Assembly (NCBI RefSeq): GCF_028292945.1
Contig: NZ_JAQGLJ010000022.1
Location: 14,436 to 78,435 of the forward strand
From: Sphingomonas bacterium
Lineage (GTDB): Bacteria > Pseudomonadota > Alphaproteobacteria > Sphingomonadales > Sphingomonadaceae
Length of the DNA stretch: 64,000 nucleotides
Direction of reading: 5' to 3'
Part shown: in pieces, positions 56,276 to 64,000 of the stretch
How positions within the stretch are numbered: position 1 is the first letter of the stretch
Layout: the number at the start of each line of letters is the position of its first letter
Notes under the pieces: generated by a model
Told to the model about the DNA's origin: nothing
The model's input: the letters and a program-made list of their open reading frames with translations, nothing else
The model's database searches: none
Position numbers and translations under genes: made by a program

Positions 56276-57882
56276 GATCGACTTTTAAGCTCGCAGCGGC
56301 GGCCTTGCTGGCCGCCACTCCAGGCCTCGCCGCCGACCCGCTCGCGCCCGAGGAAGCGGCCCTGAAGGCGCATGTCGCCTTCCTCGCGTCGGACGCGCTG
56401 CGCGGGCGCGAGGCGGGCACGGCGGATTACGACGTCGCCGCCGAATATGTCGCCGCCGAGATGATGAAGGCGGGGCTTGTGCCCGCCGGCCCGAATGGCA
56501 GCTGGTTCCAGCAGGTGCCGCTCCTCGTCTCGCGGCCCGCCGGCCAGCCGACGATGTCGCTGACCGTCGCCGGCCGAACCACGCCGCTGGTCCTCAACAC
56601 CGACTTCACCTTGCGCCGGACCACCGGCATCGAGCAGCTGGACGTATCGGGGCCGGTAGTGTTCGCCGGCTATGGCGTGGTCGACCCTGCTTCCGGTCGC
56701 GACGATTATCGTGGTCTCGACGTGCGCGGCAAGATCGTCGCGGTGCTGCAATCGGGGCCGCGCGGCGGCAACAGCGAAGTCGACGCGCATCTCGGCAACC
56801 GCGTCGATCGCGCCAAGGTCGCGGCGGCACGCGGTGCCAGGGGCGTGGTGCTGATCGAATCCTCGCAGATCCATGCACGCCTACCCTTCGCACGTCAGGC
56901 GCAGGATTGGGACGCGCGCGCGGTCACTTGGCTGGGTGCCGACGGCAAGCCTCGGGGTGAGGGTGCGCCGGGGCTGGGCGTGATCGGCTATGCAGGCGCG
57001 GCCAAGCTGTTCGCCGGGTCACGGCTGCGCTGGGCGGACGTGCTGGCCGCCGACACCGCCGGCCGTGCGGTGCCGACCGGGCCGCTCGCCGCGACGCTGT
57101 CCACCACGCAACGCTTCACTACCGAGCGGCTGCGTAGCGCCAATGTCGTGGGCCGGCTGCCGGGCAGCGACGCCAGGCTGGATGCCGAGCACATCGTGCT
57201 GTCGGGCCATCTCGACCATATCGGCGTCACGCGGCCGGTGGAGGGTGACGGCATCAACAATGGCGCGATGGATAACGCCATCGGCATCGCGGCGATGATC
57301 GAGGTCGCGCGCGCGTTCCAGAAATCGGGCGAGCGGCCCAAGCGATCGCTGCTGTTCGCCGCGGTGACGGCGGAGGAGAAGGGGCTGGTCGGGTCCGACT
57401 ATCTCGCCAGCAACCCGCTCGCCTCCGCGCGCACGGTGGTGGCCAACGTCAACCTCGACATGCCGCTGCTGACCTACAAGTTCACCGACCTGACGGCCTA
57501 CGGCGCCGATCGCTCCACCATCGGCCCCGTGGCGGCGGCGGCGGCGCGTGCGGAGGGCTACAGTCTCGCGCCCGATCCCTCGCCGGCGGAGGCGATCTTC
57601 ACGCGCTCGGATCACTACAGCTGGGTGCGCCAGGGCGTGCCGTCGGTGTTCCTCGTCACCGGCTATGGCGGGGCAGGCCGCACGGCGTGGGAACGGTTCC
57701 TCAAGAGCCACTATCATCAGCCGTCCGACGAAATCGGCCTGCCGATCGACTGGACCGCCGCGCGCGGCTTCGTACGGGTCAACTACCAGATCGCCCGCGC
57801 ACTGGCGAACGGCGCGGATCGGCCACGCTGGGTGAAGGGTGATTACTTCGGGACGGCATTCAAGGGACCGATGGCGCGATGA
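56272..57882 (+). CDS. secreted M28 family peptidase with PA domain (paralog 2)
   Basis: 536 aa. The ATG overlaps the paralog-1 TGA (ATGA). The architecture and motifs match paralog 1 (HLDHIGV, NNGAMDNAIG, TAEEKGLVGSDYL). Confidence 0.85.
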   Translation: MRSTFKLAAAALLAATPGLAADPLAPEEAALKAHVAFLASDALRGREAGTADYDVAAEYVAAEMMKAGLVPAGPNGSWFQQVPLLVSRPAGQPTMSLTVAGRTTPLVLNTDFTLRRTTGIEQLDVSGPVVFAGYGVVDPASGRDDYRGLDVRGKIVAVLQSGPRGGNSEVDAHLGNRVDRAKVAAARGARGVVLIESSQIHARLPFARQAQDWDARAVTWLGADGKPRGEGAPGLGVIGYAGAAKLFAGSRLRWADVLAADTAGRAVPTGPLAATLSTTQRFTTERLRSANVVGRLPGSDARLDAEHIVLSGHLDHIGVTRPVEGDGINNGAMDNAIGIAAMIEVARAFQKSGERPKRSLLFAAVTAEEKGLVGSDYLASNPLASARTVVANVNLDMPLLTYKFTDLTAYGADRSTIGPVAAAAARAEGYSLAPDPSPAEAIFTRSDHYSWVRQGVPSVFLVTGYGGAGRTAWERFLKSHYHQPSDEIGLPIDWTAARGFVRVNYQIARALANGADRPRWVKGDYFGTAFKGPMAR

Positions 57883-57884
57883 CC

Positions 57885-58022
57885 CCAATCCTCCCCGTTT
57901 ACGGGGAGGTGGCGCGCCCGAAGCGCGTGACGGAGGGGGCTCTCGGCGGGCAGTGCTCCCCTTGGCCCACCCCCTCCAGCGCTCGCTGCGCGAGCGGTTC
58001 CCCTCCCCGTCCCGGGGAGGAT
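57885..58022. repeat. GC-rich palindromic intergenic element (REP-like) with several hairpins
   Basis: CCTCCCCG-TTTA-CGGGGAGG (57890-57909), GCGCGCCCGAAGCGCG, CGCTCG-CTGCG-CGAGCG (57981-57996), and CCTCCCCG-TCC-CGGGGAGG (58002-58020). Confidence 0.5.
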
Positions 58023-58025
58023 TGA

Positions 58026-58850
58026 GTGCGCCTCCTGATCTTCGGCCTCGGCTACTCCGCTCGACGCATCGCCATGTTGGCGGCAGCGCGCGGCGCGATC
58101 GTCACCGCCACGACGCGCGACGGGCGGGACGGTACGCTGCGTTTTGGCGACCGCGATGCGGTGCTGCCCGCGCTTGCGGCGGCGACCCATGTCCTGTCCT
58201 CCGTTCCGCCCGACGGTGACACCGACCCGGTGCTCGCCACCTACGGCGACGCGCTCCGCGGCAAGTGGCTCGGCTATCTGTCCTCTACCGGCGTCTATGG
58301 CGACACGGGCGGCGCCTGGGTGGACGAGAGCGCCGCAATCGGCGGACGCCGGCCAGCACGCGCCGCGGCGGACCGTGCCTGGCTGGCGCTGGGCGCGCGC
58401 GTGTTCCGCCTGCCAGGCATCTACGGACCGGGCCGTTCGGCGCTCGACCGCGTGCGGTCCGGCGAGGCGCATCGGGTCGGCGGCAGCGGCGTGTTCAGCC
58501 GCATCCATGTCGACGATCTGGCTGCGGGCGTGGTGGCGGGCTTCGATGCGCCGGCGGGCGCGTACAATCTCGCCGACGGCCTGCCGGCCCCGCACGATGC
58601 GGTGATCGAGTTCGCCGCCCGGCTGCTCGGCAAGGAGCCGCCGCCGGTCGTCCCGCTCGGCCAGCTGTCGCCGATGGCGCGCGGCTTTCACGCGGAGAAC
58701 CGGCGCGTGTCCAGCGCCAAGGCGCGGCGGGAACTAGGCTGGAGCCCTTGCTACCCCGACTACCGTGCCGGCCTGCGCGCGGTCAGCGCCACCAGCAGCC
58801 CCACCGCCGCCAGCCCCGCTCCCCCCGCGGCGAGCAGCGACCAGCGATAG
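58026..58850 (+). CDS. NAD(P)-binding SDR/epimerase family protein
   Basis: 274 aa with a GTG start. Has a Rossmann-like N-terminus (MRLLIFGLGYS) and LSSTGVYGD..G.W.DE and FRL.GIYGPGR motifs. The last roughly 90 nt overlap the convergent EamA gene. Confidence 0.7.
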   Translation: MRLLIFGLGYSARRIAMLAAARGAIVTATTRDGRDGTLRFGDRDAVLPALAAATHVLSSVPPDGDTDPVLATYGDALRGKWLGYLSSTGVYGDTGGAWVDESAAIGGRRPARAAADRAWLALGARVFRLPGIYGPGRSALDRVRSGEAHRVGGSGVFSRIHVDDLAAGVVAGFDAPAGAYNLADGLPAPHDAVIEFAARLLGKEPPPVVPLGQLSPMARGFHAENRRVSSAKARRELGWSPCYPDYRAGLRAVSATSSPTAASPAPPAASSDQR

Positions 58851-59677
58851 CCCTCGAACAGCGTCGACAGGGCCATCGCGATCACCGGCACGATGACCGA
58901 CGAATAGGCCGCCTTGGCCGGTCCGATCACGCGCAGGACCCGGTAATAGAGCGGAAACGCCAGCGCCGACGCGAACAGCGCCAGGTACCCGACGCCCAGC
59001 CAATAGCCCGCGCGCGTTTCGACGACCGGCGGGCCGTGCAGCGCCCAGGCGAGCGCGCCGTCGATGAGCGCGCCCAGCGCCATCGCCACCGTCAGCGTCG
59101 CGAACATCGGATATCGCTTGGCGGTCTGCGTCGCCTGCAGCACGTTGGCGATCGACGCCGACAGGATCCCCGCCGCGGTCAGTCCAATCCCCAGCAGCGC
59201 AGACGATGCCCCGCGCGGGCCGGCGCGCGCCTCGTGCAGCAGCAACAGCCCGATGCCGGCCAGCGCGATGGCCGATCCGACCAGCAGTTGCCGGCCCAGC
59301 CGCTGCCCCAGGAAGATGCGCGCGAGCAGCGCATTGGGGATCAGCAGCGTCGCGAACAGCACCGCGACCAGCCCGGACGTGATGAAGCCCTCCGCCCGGT
59401 AGACGAGGTTGAAGTTGCCGCAGAACTGAAACAGCCCGATCGCCGCCGCGAACGCCCAGCCACGCGCGTCCAGCCGGAAGCTCTCGCGGCGCAGGATCGC
59501 GACCAGCGCCATCGCGGCGGCGGCGAGGATGAAGCGGTAGGTGACCGACCAGGCCGGCGGCACGACACCGAGCTGATCGCGGATGATGATCCAGGTGGAT
59601 CCCCAGATCAGCGTGACCACAGCGAAGGGGATCAGGATGGCGGCTCTGGTGGATTGCGGGCGAGCGACCTCGCTCAC
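58760..59677 (-). CDS. EamA/DMT family transporter
   Basis: 305 aa with 10 predicted TM segments and two EamA-like halves. The GTG start overlaps the threonine aldolase TGA (GTGA). Confidence 0.85.
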   Translation of the reverse strand: MSEVARPQSTRAAILIPFAVVTLIWGSTWIIIRDQLGVVPPAWSVTYRFILAAAAMALVAILRRESFRLDARGWAFAAAIGLFQFCGNFNLVYRAEGFITSGLVAVLFATLLIPNALLARIFLGQRLGRQLLVGSAIALAGIGLLLLHEARAGPRGASSALLGIGLTAAGILSASIANVLQATQTAKRYPMFATLTVAMALGALIDGALAWALHGPPVVETRAGYWLGVGYLALFASALAFPLYYRVLRVIGPAKAAYSSVIVPVIAMALSTLFEGYRWSLLAAGGAGLAAVGLLVALTARRPAR

Positions 59678-60675
59678 AGCGCGCTGATCGCCTCTGCGAG
59701 CTTCGCCACGTCGGCTGCCTCGCTGTCCCATGCCGTCACCAGCCGCACCTCGCCGGGCGCCCAGTCGTAGAAGTCGAAGCCCTGCGCCCGCAGCGCGGCC
59801 GCTTCGTCCGGTGTGGCGCGCAGGAACACCTCGTTCGCCTCGACGCGATGCACCAGCCGCTCTCCCGCTCCCACCGCGAGCGTCGCGGCACGCGCGTTGG
59901 CGGCGCGGCCGCAGTCCAGCCACAGATCGCCCTCCAGCATCGCCAGGATCTGCGCGGCGAGATAACGACCCTTCGACAGCAGCAGCCCGGCGCGCTTGCG
60001 GCGGCGCAGCGTCTGCTCCGCCAGCTCGGGCTTGAAGAACACCAGCGCCTCCGCGCTCATGCCGCCATTCTTGACGAAGCCGAACGAGAGCGCGTCGACG
60101 CCCGCGCGCCAGGTCAGGTCGGCCAAGTTCCCCCCGGTGAACGCGACCGCGTTGGCAAAGCGCGCCCCATCCATATGCAGGCCCCAGCCCCGCGCCCGGC
60201 ACAGCTCCCCGATCGCTGCGACCTCGTCCGCGCGGTAAGCGAGGCCGTATTCGGTGGCGTTGGTGATCGACACGGCGTGCGGCTGGACGCGATGCACATC
60301 GTTGACCACCGCATCGGCGACCGCGGCAATCGCGTCCGGCGTCAGCTTCGCACCCGGCCCCTCGGCGAGCATCAGCTGGCTCCCGTGCGTGTAGAATGCC
60401 GGCGCGCCCGCCTCGTCGTTCTGGATATGCGCGTCGCGGTGGCAGATCGTGGCACCCCAGGGGGGGCAAAGCGCACCCAGCGCGAGGCAGTTCGCCGCCG
60501 TGCCCGTCGGCACCCACAGCACACGCACTTCGGTGCCGAACAGCTCGCCCAGGCGCCCGTCGAGCGCCTTTGACCAGCGATCCCCGTCATACGCGGTATC
60601 GAGCGTGTTTGCGTCCGCCATGGCGGCGAGCACGCGCGGATGAACCGCGGCGGCATTGTCGGAGAAGAAGCGCAT
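59674..60675 (-). CDS. ltaE: low-specificity L-threonine aldolase-like PLP enzyme (beta-eliminating lyase family)
   Basis: Starts MRFFSDNAAAVHP..., then VPTGTAANCLAL, HMDGARFANA, SFGFVKNGG (PLP Lys region). An alternative start is the ATG at 60723. Confidence 0.8.
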   Translation of the reverse strand: MRFFSDNAAAVHPRVLAAMADANTLDTAYDGDRWSKALDGRLGELFGTEVRVLWVPTGTAANCLALGALCPPWGATICHRDAHIQNDEAGAPAFYTHGSQLMLAEGPGAKLTPDAIAAVADAVVNDVHRVQPHAVSITNATEYGLAYRADEVAAIGELCRARGWGLHMDGARFANAVAFTGGNLADLTWRAGVDALSFGFVKNGGMSAEALVFFKPELAEQTLRRRKRAGLLLSKGRYLAAQILAMLEGDLWLDCGRAANARAATLAVGAGERLVHRVEANEVFLRATPDEAAALRAQGFDFYDWAPGEVRLVTAWDSEAADVAKLAEAISAL

Positions 60676-60721
60676 GGGCGCGGGCTTTACGGGCAGGCGG
60701 CTTGGGGTCAACGATTTGTCC

Positions 60722-61894
60722 ATGACCGAGCGATTGACCCTGGCGCAGGCGCGGCGCGTGGCGGTGGCCGCGCAAGGCTTCGCGCAGGGACGGCCGAAGG
60801 TTGTAACCGCAGCCGATCTGCGACGGACGATCGGCAGGACGCAGCTGCACCAGATCGACAGCGTCAACGTACTCGCGCGAGCGCATTACCTGCCGGCCTT
60901 CTCGCGCCTTGGTGCGTACGACATCGCGCTGCTGGATCGCGCGGCGTGGGGACACCGGCGCGAGCGGCGGCTCTTCGAATATTGGGCGCACGAGGCGTCG
61001 CTGCTGCCGCTGGAGTTGCACCCGCTGTTGCGCTGGCGGATGGCGGAGGCGGATCAGGGATCGATCGGTTGGGCCAGCCTGCGCGCGTACGCCGGCGAGC
61101 GCCGGCCAGAGGCAATGGCATTGCTGAAGCGCATCCGTGAAGATGGTCCGCTCGCCGCATCCGATGTCGAACAACGCACAACTCCCGGCGGCTGGTGGAC
61201 GTGGAGCGAGGCGAAGCGGCAGCTGGAGTGGCTGTTCTGGGCAGGACACGTCACCACCGCGACGCGGCGCGGCAGCTTCGAGCGCGTGTACGACCTGACC
61301 GAGCGCATCATCCCCGCCGCCGTGCTGGCGCTGCCGACGCTTTCGCCGGCCGACGCGCACAAGGCGCTGGTCGAGCGGTCGGCGCGCGCGCTCGGCATCG
61401 CCACCGAGCCCGAGCTGCGCGACTATTTCCGCCTCAAGCCCGCGCAGAGCGCGGCGGCGGTCGCGGCGCTGGTCGCCGATGGCGTGCTGCTGCCGACGAC
61501 GGTGCCAGGCTGGAGCGATCGCGCGTTCCTCCACCGCGACGCGCGCCGCCCGCGTCGCCTCGAGGCGCGCGCGCTGCTCGCCCCGTTCGATCCGCTGGTC
61601 TGGGAGCGCACCCGCACCGAGCGGCTGTTCGGCTTCCGCTATCGGCTGGAGATCTACACGCCCGCGGACCGGCGCGTGCACGGCTACTACGTCCTGCCCT
61701 TCCTGCTCGGCGACCGGCTGGTCGCGCGCGCGGACCTGAAGGCGGATCGCCAGGCGGGTCACCTGCTGGTGCAGCAGGTGACGGTGGAGCACGGCGCACC
61801 GGGCGAGACGATGCGCGAGCTGGCGGCGGAGTTGGATGCGATCGCGATGTGGTTGGGGCTGAACAGGCCCCTGCCGCTTGCGGAAGGAGTTTAG
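60722..61894 (+). CDS. winged-helix DNA-binding protein of the YcaQ/AlkZ-like (DUF1006) family, putative interstrand-crosslink DNA glycosylase
   Basis: MTERLTLAQARRVAVAAQGF...QIDSVNVLARAHYLPAFSRLG.Y....EYWAHEAS is typical of the YcaQ family. The earlier ATG at 60656 would overlap the divergent ltaE. Confidence 0.8.
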   Translation: MTERLTLAQARRVAVAAQGFAQGRPKVVTAADLRRTIGRTQLHQIDSVNVLARAHYLPAFSRLGAYDIALLDRAAWGHRRERRLFEYWAHEASLLPLELHPLLRWRMAEADQGSIGWASLRAYAGERRPEAMALLKRIREDGPLAASDVEQRTTPGGWWTWSEAKRQLEWLFWAGHVTTATRRGSFERVYDLTERIIPAAVLALPTLSPADAHKALVERSARALGIATEPELRDYFRLKPAQSAAAVAALVADGVLLPTTVPGWSDRAFLHRDARRPRRLEARALLAPFDPLVWERTRTERLFGFRYRLEIYTPADRRVHGYYVLPFLLGDRLVARADLKADRQAGHLLVQQVTVEHGAPGETMRELAAELDAIAMWLGLNRPLPLAEGV

Positions 61895-62457
61895 CCCCCC
61901 GTCAGTCCTGCAAACCTGACCACCTGCTGCCCCACACGGCAGAGCTGCTCCACCACCGAGGGGTCGCTTGCCCCGCCCTCGTTGTCGAACTTGGTCTCCT
62001 GGCTGTTGATCGCGGCCGCAAAGGGTGTCGGCCAGCCGCGCAGCGCGTGGACGATCGAGCGCAGCGCGGCGATCGTCGAGCCGGTCGCCTGCCAGCCATA
62101 AGCGGTCGCGATCAACCCGACCGGCATGTCGGCCAGGTATGGCCGAGCGTCTCCCGCCGTCTCCTCCAGCAGGTCGAGCGCGTTCTTGACCACCCCGGAG
62201 ATCGACCCGTGATAGCCGGGGCTGGCGATGATCACCGCCGATGCTTCGCGGATCGCGGTTACGAAGGCCTGCTCGTCGGCCGTACGGCTCGTCGCGCGGG
62301 GGTCGTACAGCGGCAACCGGGCCATGTCGGCGCCGCCGAACATGCGGGTCGCGAACCCTTCGCGCTCGGCCGCGTCCAGCGCGATGCGCAGCGCGCGTTC
62401 GGTGGAAGAGGGGCCACCGATCGTGCCGCCGATGCCGACTACTAGAGGAGTACTCAC
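61891..62457 (-). CDS. NADPH-dependent FMN reductase family protein
   Basis: 188 aa. Flavodoxin-like fold: LVVGIGGT...SSTERAL, IIASPGYHGSISGVVKNALD. Confidence 0.85.
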   Translation of the reverse strand: MSTPLVVGIGGTIGGPSSTERALRIALDAAEREGFATRMFGGADMARLPLYDPRATSRTADEQAFVTAIREASAVIIASPGYHGSISGVVKNALDLLEETAGDARPYLADMPVGLIATAYGWQATGSTIAALRSIVHALRGWPTPFAAAINSQETKFDNEGGASDPSVVEQLCRVGQQVVRFAGLTGG

Positions 62458-62482
62458 AGGCTGGCCCTTACAGGGCGCGGGG

Positions 62483-62605
62483 CGTCACGGAAGTAAATTC
62501 CGTGACGTCGGACGGGCTCGCCGATGGACCCGCCGGCCGGCCAGCGCCGTCTCGTGACTAGCCGTGGCTAGTCACGTGCGGACAGCAGGCCTAAGATGGC
62601 CTGCT
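62483..62605. promoter_or_regulatory. three consecutive perfect stem-loops in the FMN-reductase/PBP divergent gap
   Basis: CGTCACGGAA-GTAAA-TTCCGTGACG (62483-62507), CGTGACTAGCC-GT-GGCTAGTCACG (62553-62576), and AGCAGGCC-TAAGAT-GGCCTGCT (62584-62605). Confidence 0.35.
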
Positions 62606-62661
62606 TGCGCTGGCTGTATTATAACGGTAACACACGATTGACCGACCGCCGGAGCGATTCC

Positions 62662-64000
62662 ATGCCACCCGACGCACTGCCCCCCACGGCACGCCTGCGG
62701 TACGCCTATGATCGCGCGATCGGCAGCGACTGGCCGTATCGGGCCGAGGGCGGACAGCCCGACGAGCCGGCCGAACCGCTTTATCCCGCGCTGAAGCCAA
62801 AGCGGGCTGCGCGACCATGGCTGCGCTGGGTGATGCGCGCGCTGGGCGCCGGCATCGTGCTGCTGGTCATCGCGATCATCTGGCTGGCGGTGACCGCGCC
62901 CTTGTCGCGCTCGCTGCTGCCGCCGACGCCGCCTTCGGTCACGCTGACCGCCGCCGACGGCACCCCGATCGCGCGGCGCGGCGCGATCATCGGCGCGCCG
63001 GTCGATGCCAGCAAGCTGCCGGACCATGTCACGCAGGCGTTCCTGGCGATCGAGGATCGCAGCTTCCAGTCGCACTGGGGCATCAGCCTCAAAGGCATCG
63101 CGCGCGCAGCGTGGAGCAACGTCGGCGCGGGCGGGGTGCGGCAGGGCGGGTCGACCATCACGCAGCAGCTGGCGAAGAACGCGTTCCTCGACTCCGATCG
63201 CACCGCCGCGCGCAAGCTGCGCGAGGTGATGATCGCGTTCTGGCTGGAAGCCTGGCTGTCGAAGAACGAGATCCTGTCGCGCTATCTGTCGAACGTCTAT
63301 TTCGGCGATAACGTCTACGGCATGCGCGCGGCGGCGAAGCATTATTTCGGCCGCACGCCCGAGCGGCTCAACATCGGTCAGGCGGCAATGCTGGCGGGGC
63401 TGGTCAAGGCGCCGTCGCGGCTTGCCCCCACCGGCAACCTCTCGGGCGCGCGCAAGCGGCAGGCGCTGGTCGTCGCGGCGATGGTTGACGCGGATTTCCT
63501 GACTCCGGCGCAGGCGCGCGTGGTGCAGCCACAGCGGGTGCTCGCGACCCGTCCAGTCGGCCTGCCCAGCGGCACCTATTTCGCCGATTGGGTGCTGCCC
63601 GAAGCGCGCGACGCGGCGGGTGAGGTCAAGAGCGAGGCGACGGTCCAGACCACGCTCGACATCCGGATGCAAAAGGCGGCGGAGGCGGCGGTGCGGCGCG
63701 CCGGCCTGCGCGACGCGCAGGTCGCGATGGTGGCGATGCGCCCCGATGGCCGCGTGGTCGCGATGGTCGGCGGCAAGGACTATAAGAAGTCCAGCTTCAA
63801 CCGTGCGACGCAGGCGCGCCGTCAGCCGGGCTCCGCGTTCAAGCTGTTCGTGTACCTAGCCGCCTTGCGCAGCGGGATGAGGCCGAGCTCCACCGTCGAG
63901 GACGCGCCGATCGACTTCGCGGGGTGGAAGCCCAAGAACGACGACGGTCGCTATCTGGGCGAGATCAGCCTGCAACGTGCGTTCGCGCGCTCGTGCAACG
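62662..64000 (+). CDS. class A penicillin-binding protein (transglycosylase/transpeptidase), 5' part; continues beyond the window
   Basis: Translated by hand because it is not in the ORF track (no stop in the window). N-terminal TM segment present. GT51 motifs: AIEDRSFQSHWG, GGSTITQQLAKN, RKLREV. Transpeptidase SxxK motif: PGSAFKLFVY. Confidence 0.9.
   Translation, partial: MPPDALPPTARLRYAYDRAIGSDWPYRAEGGQPDEPAEPLYPALKPKRAARPWLRWVMRALGAGIVLLVIAIIWLAVTAPLSRSLLPPTPPSVTLTAADGTPIARRGAIIGAPVDASKLPDHVTQAFLAIEDRSFQSHWGISLKGIARAAWSNVGAGGVRQGGSTITQQLAKNAFLDSDRTAARKLREVMIAFWLEAWLSKNEILSRYLSNVYFGDNVYGMRAAAKHYFGRTPERLNIGQAAMLAGLVKAPSRLAPTGNLSGARKRQALVVAAMVDADFLTPAQARVVQPQRVLATRPVGLPSGTYFADWVLPEARDAAGEVKSEATVQTTLDIRMQKAAEAAVRRAGLRDAQVAMVAMRPDGRVVAMVGGKDYKKSSFNRATQARRQPGSAFKLFVYLAALRSGMRPSSTVEDAPIDFAGWKPKNDDGRYLGEISLQRAFARSCN

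Overview
High-GC alphaproteobacterial chromosome segment. The Sphingomonadaceae-like assignment is an inference from MucR/Ros, many TonB-dependent receptors and GC-rich palindromic intergenic repeats. No rRNA, CRISPR array, transposase or integrase was seen.

Gene order:
- 1-9.3 kb (core): flagellar genes flgK'-flgL-motA-motB, MucR/Ros regulator, DEAD-box helicase coupled to yaiI, M20 peptidase, and a PAS-PAS hybrid histidine kinase.
- 9.9-25.8 kb (accessory): aromatic-compound catabolic module. It has IclR and GntR regulators, the mhpD/F/E-type lower pathway, and a three-component Rieske oxygenase with putidaredoxin-type ferredoxin and GR-type reductase. It also has a two-subunit LigAB-type extradiol dioxygenase, two meta-cleavage-product hydrolases, an SDR, a TonB-dependent receptor and an acyl-CoA ligase.
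- 26.5-39.2 kb (accessory): a large TonB-dependent receptor and a LysR-controlled operon MFS-hyuA-hyuB-MmgE/PrpD-argininosuccinate-lyase-like protein. I cannot map this operon to a known pathway, and it is my top candidate for an undescribed catabolic system.
- 39.2-40.1 kb: decayed DNA containing a malic-enzyme N-terminal fragment, next to tRNA-Leu(CAG). This looks like an island junction.
- 40.1-64 kb (core): NDUFA9-like protein, uppP, gltD-gltB, GST, csaA, DUF72, HAD phosphatase, pepN, two tandem M28 peptidases, EamA transporter, threonine aldolase, YcaQ/AlkZ-like protein, FMN reductase, and the 5' part of a class A PBP.

Signals outside the ORF track:
- A 16-codon Cys-rich smORF with a strong Shine-Dalgarno sequence at 51089-51139.
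- Several families of GC-rich palindromic (REP-like) elements.
- A shared AT-rich 10-mer in two promoter regions of the aromatic module.
- Pervasive 4-nt NTGA stop/start overlaps, including a possible CTG start.

Most long ORFs antisense to the called genes are GC-rich shadow frames. All homology statements come from reading motifs by eye; no database search was run.
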